Part shown: positions 37,758 to 51,700 of the stretch, in pieces | Numbering within the stretch: the stretch's first letter is position 1 | How the letters are laid out: each line of letters opens with the position of its first letter | NCBI GenBank assembly: GCA_032718475.1 | Contig: JAUCBJ010004458.1 | Location: 13,413 to 77,412, forward strand | Source: Nemertoderma westbladi | Lineage: Eukaryota > Animalia > Xenacoelomorpha | Direction: 5' to 3' | DNA length: 64,000 nucleotides | The notes under the pieces: generated by a model | Told to the model about the DNA's origin: nothing | Seen by the model: only the letters and a program-made list of their open reading frames with translations | Databases searched by the model: none | Program-made: the position numbers and the translations under genes

Positions 37758-39643
37758 CCCAAACCCTACCTCTACCTGCAAACCGATAGTAAGGATATAT
37801 ATAATGCATTCAAAGCACATAGAAATATATTATTTGGCGTTGAGGGTTTTGAATCAAAGAATACTAAGGGGTCTCAGTAAATCCTTTCGCGGTTGTCCGT
37901 ACTTTCTGGCATCGCATCATGAACTCCAAAAAGGAATCGCTGCACTACAAGATAAGGGGGTTGTGGGATGTGGGGCGAGCCATGAAGTTAGCGAACTAAG
38001 CATATTATGTATGTATGTAATATATTGACCACCATAATAGTAAATGTAATATTATAACCGCACAAAGATAGCCTGATACAAGGTTTACATTAATAATTTA
38101 TAAGAACGGCTATTCCACCAGCAACTACTAGTTAATGATGTTGTTATTGCAGTAGTTCTATGAATATTCAGCATTTAGTATACACCTACCCCTATTTCAA
38201 CGGAGTGTCAATGTCAGTCATTTTTGGTTTTTATTTATCGGTGTAATATTTTGATTTAGTGACATTCCTAAGCATTTCTCCGCTTTCTTCCACTAAAACT
38301 TGATAGTAAGTTTAAGTTAGAAAGTTTATGTAGACGTCTTCAGTTCCTACTTCGGCAACTATGGGGCATAATGTCTTAAAGTGAAAACCTTTCCCCACCG
38401 ACAACAAGCAAACATAGACTAAACTACAAAAACACCCGTTTGCTAAAGCTTCTCTCACTATGTGGCTCGCACCAAAAAGCGTCTCAACATCAACAATTAG
38501 CAAACGCCATTAAAGAATCGAATCGAATCGAATCGATATGGAGGAGATATTTATTGCAGAACTAGTTGATTAGCAACACGCGTCGACTAATGGAAGGCAT
38601 CGCGCCCACTAATACTCGAATAGTGACAATCTATTCAACTAAACACAATAAGACAGTTCCGCTTACATAAATTATTCACGCGGAATCCCATCGAATAAAC
38701 GTTTACCTAACGCCATCTCATCTTCGGAGAAACTAAGCTACAGAAAGAGTTAATTTGTTTGATCAACACAATGGAATAAGTAATGACGTCATGATGCAAT
38801 CATCATAAAAATCAGTCGAAGTAGGTTGTCATAAAATATCATCAAATTACATTGTTTTTTTTATTTGAGACAACTTGACTAAGGGGGTAGTGAGTGAGTG
38901 AGGGAGCAGTGAAACTTTTCAAGGTGATTTCTATACTAACGGGATATTCAGTTGCCTTGGAGATTTTGATCAACATTTGGGAATATAATATTAATTACAT
39001 TGCATCCAGAATACCTGATAAGACACTCACTATCATCTACCACCGTATTAATGTGCAATTGAGTGTATGAGTGGCCTATATTAGTTTCCAACAAAACCCG
39101 GGGTAAGTGATGTTCGCATTTAACTAAACCCAAAGCGTTGAGACTAATTAGCACACAGCCTTATATAAATAATAAGTAATATAAATATTAATAATGATTG
39201 ATTATCGCTTTGCTTGCCAACCAAGAAAATTCCATTATTCGTTTATGTGAGGCTTCTATCACTCAACAGTTAGTTGTGTGCTTAAGGATGCCATTTTACT
39301 TGCCGACCATCTGCTTTATTGACCGATGGAAACTGAAATTACAGGCCCACATGCACATTACATGCACGACCAGTGCAGAGAGGCCACAAAGAGAGTTTCA
39401 GTCTCAGTGTAGTTTCATAAAACACAAACACAATACCAAATCAATAGCACTGGGCGAGAGGGCTGTAATTTAAATAAATTACATTTTCTCCATATGCGCT
39501 ACGCACTTGATCGGGCCATCATGGATGCTAAAACACAGAATGGGTAATAATTCGCCAATGTTAAGAATACTGACGGGTGGAGGCACTTCAATGAACGGTT
39601 GAATAAAAATGATTTTGAAATTATAGTAATTATAATTACTAAC

Positions 39644-39758
39644 CTTAATGAAGTTGGTTGCCTTGGTCAGGAGACTGAGGGTGGTGTGTCGGGTGCCGCC
39701 AGGGCCAGTGGGTACCAGAGCTTTAAGATCCCCCAAGCAACTGCGGAGATGAGCTCGT
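39644..39758 (-). CDS. Mxd: Mxd/Mxi1-like gene, bHLH exon
   Basis: [38 protein letters not shown] (MXD: RAHLRLCLEKLK.LVPLGP...[10 protein letters not shown]...IK); acceptor TTATTACAG in phase 2, donor GTTAGT. Confidence 0.92.
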
Positions 39759-40788
39759 CTGTAATAAAACAAACACCGGCTGCTATTAACGGCTTAACTT
39801 ACCTAATCAATACTCGAGAAAGAAATCAATATAAATGTTGGGCAGGAGGGCCTTCCGATGGGAAAAGGCAAATCGCAAATGAGGCAAAAACAATATTCTG
39901 ATGTGAACGGAACGCGGACAGCAAGGCAAAACGCGAAATACAAGAGCAATATGTGACAAGCTTTATTATCATGACAAGGCGAGTTCATGATGGTGGTTAA
40001 GTAATAGGATGGTTGACATTCAACTGAATAATAGATGCTATTGGCATGGCATGGCTAACCAGATCTACAAATGCACCAGAGACTACTTTTATTGTGTCCT
40101 GTGGTGGATGAGGGAAATTGACCCGGAATACACACAGCATGCGGACATATGATATTAGGAAGATGTATGTAGCGAGTATGCTGTGCTAAAGCTAAATAAC
40201 TAATACAGCTGTATGAATTCTATGCGTATATATGAGCGTATTTTATATGCCAATATTAAGTGTTACCGAAAAATAGTGTTTCTTATTTAGTTTACTCTCA
40301 CCAAATCGCAATTCGAAATATATGAAATTCATTACATTATTGGCAATAAAAAAATAGTACAAATACTGATTCCGGTATACGAGAGAGAGGGGGAGAGAGA
40401 GAGAGAGAGAGGAGGAGAGGGATACAGGTATCACCTTATTTGTCAATAAGATGATATCTAACGCTATCCTCTGATCCGAAACATTTTTATGTTATTTACA
40501 TGTTTACTACTCTAACATGTACAATTTGTTAAACCAAAATGATATAGATTATTGTCATTGAAATACCAAGAAATATCATAAATATTATAAGTTATTTTGT
40601 TAGTTAAGTTAGATAATTACAGTAAATCGATAAATTCGTCTTCTCGGACAACCCAAGTCACAGACCGACGGCCTGAATCACACCAAAACAATAAGTAATT
40701 CGTAACTCTGGGTTACAGGAACTACTAACTATTATTCTACGATAGATCTAATTAATATCTTACTAAAAAATTAGGAATTTAATTGTAA

Positions 40789-41021
40789 GCAAGCAATCAG
40801 TCGACCGAAGCCGGAGGCGACCCGAATTCTCCTCTTTCAATAGCGGCTACCCGAGGGTAGGGGTGGGCGCTATTCCTACCCCAAGATTTGCTCCCAGTTA
40901 TTTAACTGGTACTCAGACTGGTAGGGTAGCTCAGTTGGTTGAGCGCTGGGCCTGCCATCTATTGGTTGTAGGTCCAGCTCCGCCAGGGTCCACTCGGCCT
41001 TTCATCCACTGGGGTCGATAA
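40789..41021 (-). mobile_element. tRNA-derived SINE with inverted 5' half
   Basis: tRNA head plus core on + (about 40920-41021), 3' half on - (about 40915-40789), flanked by the 13-bp direct repeat AATTTAATTGTAA. Confidence 0.7.
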
Positions 41022-41976
41022 AATTTAATTGTAAATGATTTAAAACATGGCACACTTGACCAATCATGACCCATGCAAACGTTACACCCAAAACTGGGTA
41101 ACAACTGGGTGCGGCCTATCTGATATTTATATTAGTTAAATGTTGATTTCACTCGGTTACCTAATATTATTGTGTCGAAATCAAACAAAGGATGAATACA
41201 TATTTGTGACGGGCTATTGTGACATATTAATCAATGTGATATTATTGCATATTTTGATTACAAAAAACAATTTCCGTTTATTGGAAATAAGATAAAGGTC
41301 GGCATGCATTGCATATTGTCTCGGTAGTTTATGATCAATCCTCCATTTTCCTGCTTATTATTTCGACCAGCTGTTGGAGAAGATTCGTTGCCATGGGGAT
41401 ATCCTAGGGATTGGTTGGGATACCAGTTGTTATTTTAGCATGTGCGTGTTAGGCAGCATGCTTCTTGTTATTCCCACGTGCAGCTAGCTACTAGCATTGT
41501 TCCTTGAACATAACGACATGCTTGATCTTTACTAAACAAATTTGAAAAAAACAAGCTGTGCTAACTATCTATACTAGAATTACACGGGGAAGTACTATAT
41601 TTAATGGTTTCCGTTTTAATAACAACCACTGATCCGAAACACAAGAAGCCAGACCGAGGAATTATACTATACTACCTACTGTATAAAGTTACATTGTCAC
41701 TACTCTGCAGCCTGATCCACGGCCAATAACCAACTAATTTACATCCACAGTTTAGCTGACAAGTCACGTCCAATGAGTGAACGCAGTGTAGGATGAACGC
41801 AAACATCATCAGCTCATCCTTGACATATAAGTTCTTCTGTTAAATTTTTGCTGTTTTTGACTATTAGGTGGATCGCAAGTGGATCACCGAGAATTCTTAA
41901 CATTCGCCTGAAACCAGCCAGGACTTGACATAAGTTGCGAACGGCAAACATTCCAACTGGCCTATGTAAACTCGAC

Positions 41977-43497
41977 GGTGTCGTCGCGTTTCGGCAAAAA
42001 AGTTGCGTTTCGGTAAAAAAAAGTCGTGTTTCGCAAAAAGGTGCGTTTCGGCCAAAAAGTTGCGTTTCGGCAAAAAGCCGCGTTTCGGCAAAAAAGTTGC
42101 GTTTCGGCAACAGTTGCGTTTCGGCAAAAGGTTGCGTTTCGGCAAAATTATTTCTTGATTGCAGGATAATACACTGTGGAGTAGAGAACCGCGCAGGAAA
42201 GTAAAAGAGGCCGGTGGCGTCAACATGAAATTTAGTTTGTACTGATATATTACCTTAATTGCAAATAACAATAACACGAGTGGGGCCTTTGTGCAGCAAA
42301 AGCTGCAAGTCATCTTAGCGAACAGTTAGTTATAAATTTATTATGGCTAGTTATATCTTTGGTTTCCGACACACTGACATACACACATACTTTTAGAAAC
42401 GGCCATAATATAATTATAACAGTTCGCTGATGGCTCGCAGTTCTGACATCTGTGATGTTCTCATTGTAGTTTTAGGAACGAATTACCGGAAAGAATAGGG
42501 TGACAGCTTTGAACTATTTAAATCGATACTTAAGAGTTGAAAAGAAGTTTCAGCACCACAGGCTGTTTTCATGTAAATTTGGCGCTATAGTAATACTACT
42601 ATAATAATAATAATACATAAACTAAATTAGTAGTTAGAGTGTATAATTAATCATTGTGGCCGTGATGGTTCATGGTTAATATACACTACCCTTTCATTGT
42701 AACGAGTTAAAAGTAAAATACGTAAAGTAAAAGACGGCCAAGTACTGTAGGGTTGAGCAAAGTGGCAGCAGATGATGGTATTGGCAGATGGGAAGCCATG
42801 AGGAGGTAAATTGCGTACATACAAGGTATCAGATAGTATTTCCAAGTCTATCTTTTACCCGAGCCGCTAGCTGAATGGTTAGAACGTCAGACTTCCTACC
42901 CGGAAGTCACCAGTGTGATTCCACCTGGACATCATTGCCAACTTTGCAAAGCTGTGTCCAACAAAAAGTTATAATAATTATGAACAATGGCTAATCCATA
43001 TAATTATATTTATTTGTGGGGAATTATTTGCAATTATGCACTTAAAACTTTCTAGAACAACCTAATAATGGCGCGGTGACACACTGGATATACTGGACAT
43101 ACATTGTAAAATGTATGGCGTAGGGACATACTGAGAAATAATGTCGCACTGCGATGTAAAGTTAAAAATATGTCGCCCTGGCGATTTGGTAGTGCGAAAT
43201 TAATTCCACACAAATAAATAAAATAATATTAGTACTGTGTACTTATTAATACCTTGCATAATTGTCATGAAGACCACTCCAAATTTAATTGATTTCTAAT
43301 TTCAACTTGGATCTAACACATCTAGGAATTTATTTATATTTTTTTGTAATTTTTAATTTTTATTTATTATTTTAATTTACTTTTTGCCGAATCGCGACAT
43401 TTTTTTCCAAAACGCATCTTTTTTGCCGAAACGCAACTTTTTTTGCCGAATCGCGAGTGTTGCCGAATCGCGACTGTTGCCGAAACGCGATGAAACC
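41977..43497. mobile_element. Non-autonomous TIR element with GCGTTTCGGCAAAAA subterminal arrays
   Basis: TIR GGTGTCGTCGCGTTTCGGCAA vs GGTTTCATCGCGTTTCGGCAA; 8-bp TSD AACTCGAC/AACTCCAC (41969-41976, 43498-43505). Confidence 0.8.
42861..42930 (+). mobile_element. tRNA-like SINE head; related copy at 59085-59155
   Basis: TAGCTGAATGGTTAGAACGTCAGACTTCCT...CCACCTGG; shares CAGACTTCCT and CCACCTGG with 59110-59150. Confidence 0.45.
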
Positions 43498-45789
43498 AAC
43501 TCCACAATGTAGCATTCGCCAAACGGCCAAAATTACATATCTGACAAACTTGTAAATAACAGTTGTGCCGGTACCGGTACTGTAACGGTTGAGAAATTAG
43601 GTATCGGCCCAACACAACATTATAAATAAGCCAAATAATGTAGTTAAACTGAGAAGGAAGAGGACAATAATTAAGTTTGAACAGTGAATTACCCCTGTCG
43701 GAAGTAACACAGGGGCGAGGTCGAGAAGGAAATGCGGTAATTACTTAGTTTTGTATTTCCTTTTGTAATTACTTACTTACAGTTGCTTTAAAGAAGAAAC
43801 AATAAATGGTGTAAAACAAGTATATTTTAACAAAAAATAATGATCAAATCAGCCAAGAGTAATATGTTTGACTTCATTACATATTAATTAACGGCGGACG
43901 GTGACCTAGAATGACCTTTACGTACAAGCACAATTAATTATGAACCAGAAGCAAAATCGGACAGATGGACACATAGCAGGAAATCTAATAGCAGTCACGA
44001 CAGTGTTAATTAAGACTGAAATTATCAGCGGATGGCGTGAAAGGGTTAATCGCTCATTCTCGAGATCTTAAACCGTTGAATGTTAGAAGCCTTATAAGTT
44101 ATCGATCTATCTCAGACCGATTGGCACCACTGGAGAAATATCCCAATCTCCTGAAGGATGACAGTGGGTTGATTTTATTTGCATGGACGTGACTTGGAGA
44201 TCTATTACATTGCATTACAGGGAGGAGGGTAGAATTACTGAATGCAGAGAGGAATCACATAATGTTGGATAGTCAATCATAACCTGGGCGTTACGACAAC
44301 ACAATAAGGTATCATTGGGGGCAGCCAAATCTAATATAAATATATATTATATCCACTCAATACTAAGTAACAAAACAGCATACCGCAATGTAATAACCGT
44401 AACAATTAGCGGAGGTTTGAAATAGGTTGGAATTCTTTCTCGCGAAGTAATAACACAGGTTGTCTTTGTGAGGCCGTGGGAGGTCGCCTGCACAATTTTA
44501 ATTAAATGGCGAGGCCAAGGCAAGGACAGCCACCTTTCCACTAATTGGTAACTGTTACCCCAACAACCGACTGCTATAACAATGATTGACTTCCTCAATA
44601 ACCAACGATGGCTCGGTGTGACTGACCGCCCATCGAAACATAAGAATACGAAAGCTTTTCATTAACACAAATAGGTCATTACGTGATTACCCAACATGCA
44701 CCTGCGGACTAATAAGCTTACCGCATTCCACTGGTAAGACATAAATTGTCAGAGTCATCGTCATTGTGGCATGGCTTAGTAGCCCCCGTGTTCATCGTCG
44801 TCTAGTAAGAAGTAAAAGATCAATTTGTCAAAAAATGTAAGATGGGCGTCAGGTTCAATGGAATACTTGTTAAGTTTGAAGTCAAAATATGAAACCTCTT
44901 TTGACTCATGAGTTGACAGAGTTGTGACTTACCAGTGGACCCTGCCAGGTTGAAACCAATGTAGGATATAGGACAATTGTGACCCGGACAATTCGGCCCA
45001 CATTGGATGACGTATATTTCAAGGATATGGCCAAATGATGTGGTACCATGGTAGGGGTAGGATTGTGGAGAAATAAAGGTTTGTTACCGACAAGAGATGG
45101 CTTCCAAAAATTATGCACCTTTTCCAATATTCAAACAAAATATATGACAATAGACTAGACAAATGTTGTTGTAAGAAACAGGTCGTGGGTTGAAGTGAAG
45201 GAGTATTACTGCTAAATATAATTCGATTCAAGGTCGGAAGATTTCAATAAGTATAATTCAATTAGTGTTCTGGATCAGTAAAACTGCTGCTCCAGCATAC
45301 TAATATATAGGATGGCCCTGCCCTGCATACAATAGCTGCAGCTTGCATTAAGCGCTTGAAATAATCGCCGGCTGAAAAGGCAGGCTAAAAAATGCAATTA
45401 AGCCTAGTGCAATATCAATGACGGGCTTTGTGTACAAGGACAATATGAAATCGCCGTAGGCCTGCCGGCAGACCGAATACATATATACGGGAATGTATAA
45501 AGCGGCTGGAATAGCCACAAGACGGGCCAAGTGCTTTTGCCGCGCTGGAATATTAATTGTAGCCGATAATGCTACGCTTCCAGGAGTATCAACTGGAATG
45601 GATTAGGAATGTTGGACATTACTACATTACCTTCTCTAAGAAATTCGTATCTTAACAGGATGTTATTTAGGTTGACTTAGTTGGGGAGCTTTGGAGCATT
45701 TCCAAAGTACCTGGAGGGGTTATTCCTGATATATATATATATGTAAACCGGGGTCGTAAGATACCCACTATATTACAATACATTACATG

Positions 45790-48700
45790 GTGGTTGGTTA
45801 TGTCTGAAAGGCGGCGACCTACCTGGTTATGGTCATATATATACAGGAATGTGATTGGTTAGGTCTGAAAGGCGGCGACCTACCTGGTTATGGTCGTATA
45901 TATTCAGGAATGTGATTGGTTAGGTATGAAAGACGGCGCCCTAACTGGTTGTTATGGTCATATATATATATATATATACGGGAATGTGATTGGTTAGGTC
46001 TGAAAGACGACGACCTAACTGGTTGTTATGGTCATATATATACAGGAATGTGATTGGTTAGGTCTGAAAGACGGCGACCTACCTGGTTATGGTTGAATAT
46101 ATTCAGGAATGTGATTGGTTAGGTATGAAAGACGGCGACCTAACTGGTTGTTATGGTCATATATATACAGGAATGTGATTGGTTAGGTCTGAAAGACGGC
46201 GACCTACCTGGTTATGGTCATATATATACAGGAATGTGATTGGTTAGGTCTGAAAGACGGCGACATACCTGGTTATGGTCATATATATACAGGAATGTGA
46301 TTGGTTATGTCTGAAAGGCGGCGACCTACCTGGTTATGGTCATATATATACAGGAATGTGATTGGTTAGGTCTGAAAGGCGGCGACCTACCTGGTTATGG
46401 TCGTATATATTCAGGAATGTGATTGGTTAGGTATAAAAGACGGCGCCCTAACTGGTTGTTATGGTCATATATATATATATATACGGGAATGTGTTTGGTT
46501 AGGTCTGAAAGACAACGACCTAACTGGTTGTTATGGTCATATATATACAGGAATGTGATTGGTTAGGTCTGAAAGACGGCGACATACCTGGTTATGGTCA
46601 TATATATACAGGAATGTGATTGGTTATGTCTGAAAGGCGGCGACCTAACTTGTTGTTATGGTCATATATATACAGGAATGTGATTGGTTAGGTCTGAAAG
46701 ACGGCGACATACCTGGTTATGGTCATATATATACAGGAATGTGATTGGTTAGGTCTGAAAGACGGCGACATACCTGGTTATGGTCGTATATATTCAGGAA
46801 TGTGATGTTAGGTCTGAAAGGCGGCGAACTACCTGGTTATGATCATATATATACAGGAATGTGATTGGTTAGGTCTGAAAGACGGCGACCTACCTGGTTA
46901 TGGTCATATATATACAGGAATGTGATTGGTTAGGTCTGAAAGACGGCGACCTACCTGGTTATGGTCATATATATACAGGAATGTGATTGGTTAGGTCTGA
47001 AAGACGGCAACATACCTGGTTGTGGTCGTATATATTCAGGAATGTGATTGGTTATGTCTGAAAGACGGCGACATACCTGGTTATAGTCATATATATACAG
47101 GAATGTGATTGGTTAGGTCTGAAAGACGGCGACATACCTGGTTATGGTCATATATATACAGGAATGTGATTGGTTAGGTCTGAAAGACGGCGACATACCT
47201 GGTTATGGTCATATATATACAGGAATGTGATTGGTTAGGTCTGAAAGACGGCGACGTACCTGGTTATGGTCATATATATACAGGAATGTGATTAGTTAGG
47301 TCTGAAAGACGGCGACATACCTGGTTGGTTATGGTCATATATATACAGGAATGTGATTGGTTAGGTCTGAAAGACGGCGACATACCTGGTTATTGTCATA
47401 TATATACAGGAATGTGATTGGTTAGGTCTGAAAGACGGCGACATACCTGGTTATGGTCATATATATACAGGAATGTGATTGGTTAGGTCTGAAAGACGGC
47501 GACATACCTGGTTATGGTCGTATATATTCAGGAATGTGATTGGTTATGTCTGAAAGACGGCGACCTACCTGGTTATGGTCATATATATACAGGAATGTGA
47601 TTGGTTAGGTCTGAAAGACGGCGACATACCTGGTTATGGTCATATATATACAGGAATGTGATTGGTTAGGTCTGAAAGACGGCGACATACCTGGTTATGG
47701 TCATATATATACAGGAATGTGATTGGTTAGGTCTGAAAGACGGCGACATACCTGGATATGGTCATATATATACAGGAATGTGATTGGTTAGGTCTGAAAG
47801 ACGGCGACATACCTGGTTATGGTCGTATATATTCAGGAATGTGATTGGTTAGGTCTGAAAGACGGCGACATACCTGGTTATGGTCATATATATACAGGAA
47901 TGTGATTGGTTATGTCTGAAAGACGGCGACCTACCTGGTTATGGTCATATATATACAGGAATGTGATTGGTTAGGTCTGAAAGACGGCGACATACCTGGT
48001 TATGGTCATATATATACAGGAATGTGATTGGTTAGGTCTGAAAGACGGCGACATACCTGGTTATGGTCATATATATACAGGAATGTGATTGGTTAGGTCT
48101 GAAAGACGGCGACATACCTGGTTATGGTCATATATATACAGGAATGTGATTGGTTAGGTCTGAAAGACGGCGACATACCTGGTTATGGTCGTATATATTC
48201 AGGAATGTGATTGGTTATGTCTGAAAGACGGCGACCTACCTGGTTATGGTCATATATATACAGGAATGTGATTGGTTAGGTCTGAAAGACGGCGACATAC
48301 CTGGTTATGGTCATATATATACAGGAATGTGATTGGTTAGGTCTGAAAGACGGCGACATACCTGGTTATGATCATATATATACAGGAATGTGATTGGTTA
48401 GGTCTGAAAGACGGCGACATACCTGGTTATGGTCATATATATACAGGAATGTGATTGGTTAGGTCTGAAAGACGGCGACATACCTGGTTATGGTCATATA
48501 TATACAGGAATGTGATTGGTTAGGTCTGAAAGACGGCGACCTACCTGGTTGTGGTCGTATATATACAGGAATGTGATTGGTTAAGTCTGAAAGACGATGA
48601 CCTAACTGGTTGTTATGGTCATATATATACAGGAATGTGATTGGTTAGGTCTGAAAGACGGCGACATACCTGGTTATGGTCATATACAGTATATACAGGA

Positions 48701-51700
48701 ATGTGATTATTGGTTAGGTCTGAAAGACGGCGACATACCTGGTTATGGTCATATATATACAGGAATGTGATTGGTTAGGTCTGAAAGACGGCGACCTACC
48801 TGGTTGTGGTCGTATATATACAGGAATGTGATTGGTTAGGTCTGAAAGAGGGCGACCTACCTGGTTATGGTCGAATATATTCAGGAATGTGATTGGTTAG
48901 GTATGAAAGACGGCGACCTAACTGGTTGTTATGGTCATATATATACAGCAATGTGATTGGTTAGGTCTGAAAGACAGCGACCTACCTGGTTATGGTGGTA
49001 TATATTCAGGAATGTGATTGGTTAGGTCTGAAAGACGGCGACCTACCTGGTTATGGTCATATATATACAGGGATGTGATTGGTTAGGTCTGAAAGACGGC
49101 GACCTACCTGGTTATGGTCGTATATATACAGGAATGGGATTGGTTAGGTCTGAAAGACGGCGACCTACCTGTTTATATGGTCGTATATATTCAGGAATGT
49201 GATGTTAGGTCTGAAAGGCGGCGAACTACCTGGTTATGGTCATATATATACAGGAATGTGATTGGTTAGGTCTGAAAGGCGGCGACCTACCTGGTTATGG
49301 TCGTATATATTCAGGAATGTGATTGGTTAGGTATAAAAGACGGCGCCCTAACTGGTTGTTATGGTCATATATATATATATATACGGGAATGTGTTTGGTT
49401 AGGTCTGAAAGACAACGACCTAACTGGTTGTTATGGTCATATATATACAGGAATGTGATTGGTTAGGTCTGAAAGACGGCGACATACCTGGTTATGGTCA
49501 TATATATACAGGAATGTGATTGGTTATGTCTGAAAGGCGGCGACCTAACTTGTTGTTATGGTCATATATACATATATATACAGGAATGTGATTGGTTAGG
49601 TCTGAAAGACGGCGACATACCTGGTTATGGTCATATATATACAGGAATGTGATTGGTTAGGTCTGAAAGACGGCGACATACCTGGTTATGGTCGTATATA
49701 TTCAGGAATGTGATGTTAGGTCTGAAAGGCGGCGAACTACCTGGTTATGATCATATATATACAGGAATGTGATTGGTTAGGTCTGAAAGACGGCGACCTA
49801 CCTGGTTATGGTCATATATATACAGGAATGTGATTGGTTAGGTCTGAAAGACGGCGACCTACCTGGTTATGGTCATATATATACAGGAATGTGATTGGTT
49901 AGGTCTGAAAGACGGCAACATACCTGGTTGTGGTCGTATATATTCAGGAATGTGATTGGTTATGTCTGAAAGACGGCGACATACCTGGTTATAGTCATAT
50001 ATATACAGGAATGTGATTGGTTAGGTCTGAAAGACGGCGACATACCTGGTTATGGTCATATATATACAGGAATGTGATTGGTTAGGTCTGAAAGACGGCG
50101 ACATACCTGGTTATGGTCATATATATACAGGAATGTGATTGGTTAGGTCTGAAAGACGGCGACGTACCTGGTTATGGTCATATATATACAGGAATGTGAT
50201 TAGTTAGGTCTGAAAGACGGCGACATACCTGGTTGGTTATGGTCATATATATACAGGAATGTGATTGGTTAGGTCTGAAAGACGGCGACATACCTGGTTA
50301 TGGTCATATATATACAGGAATGTGATTGGTTAGGTCTGAAAGACGGCGACATACCTGGTTATGGTCATATATATACAGGAATGTGATTGGTTAGGTCTGA
50401 AAGACGGCGACATACCTGGTTATGGTCGTATATATTCAGGAATGTGATTGGTTATGTCTGAAAGACGGCGACCTACCTGGTTATGGTCATATATATACAG
50501 GAATGTGATTGGTTAGGTCTGAAAGACGGCGACATACCTGGTTATGGTCATATATATACAGGAATGTGATTGGTTAGGTCTGAAAGACGGCGACATACCT
50601 GGTTATGGTCATATATATACAGGAATGTGATTGGTTAGGTCTGAAAGACGGCGACATACCTGGATATGGTCATATATATACAGGAATGTGATTGGTTAGG
50701 TCTGAAAGACGGCGACATACCTGGTTATGGTCGTATATATTCAGGAATGTGATTGGTTAGGTCTGAAAGACGGCGACATACCTGGTTATGGTCATATATA
50801 TACAGGAATGTGATTGGTTATGTCTGAAAGACGGCGACCTACCTGGTTATGGTCATATATATACAGGAATGTGATTGGTTAGGTCTGAAAGACGGCGACA
50901 TACCTGGTTATGGTCATATATATACAGGAATGTGATTGGTTAGGTCTGAAAGACGGCGACATACCTGGTTATGGTCATATATATACAGGAATGTGATTGG
51001 TTAGGTCTGAAAGACGGCGACATACCTGGTTATGGTCATATATATACAGGAATGTGATTGGTTAGGTCTGAAAGACGGCGACATACCTGGTTATGGTCAT
51101 ATATATACAGGAATGTGATTGGTTAGGTCTGAAAGACGGCGACATACCTGGTTATGGTCATATATATACAGGAATGTGATTGGTTAGGTCTGAAAGACGG
51201 CGACATACCTGGTTATGGTCATATATATACAGGAATGTGATTGGTTAGGTCTGAAAGACGGCGACATACCTGGTTATGGTCGTATATATTCAGGAATGTG
51301 ATTGGTTATGTCTGAAAGACGGCGACCTACCTGGTTATGGTCATATATATACAGGAATGTGATTGGTTAGGTCTGAAAGACGGCGACATACCTGGTTATG
51401 GTCATATATATACAGGAATGTGATTGGTTAGGTCTGAAAGACGGCGACATACCTGGTTATGATCATATATATACAGGAATGTGATTGGTTAGGTCTGAAA
51501 GACGGCGACATACCTGGTTATGGTCATATATATACAGGAATGTGATTGGTTAGGTCTGAAAGACGGCGACATACCTGGTTATGGTCATATATATACAGGA
51601 ATGTGATTGGTTAGGTCTGAAAGACGGCGACCTACCTGGTTGTGGTCGTATATATACAGGAATGTGATTGGTTAAGTCTGAAAGACGATGACCTAACTGG

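Noticed and set aside
44350-45600. GC-richer stretch with short ORFs (similar stretches at 35390-35760 and 24130-24500)
   Set aside because: No recognisable motif; probably decayed TE sequence, but this cannot be supported by eye.
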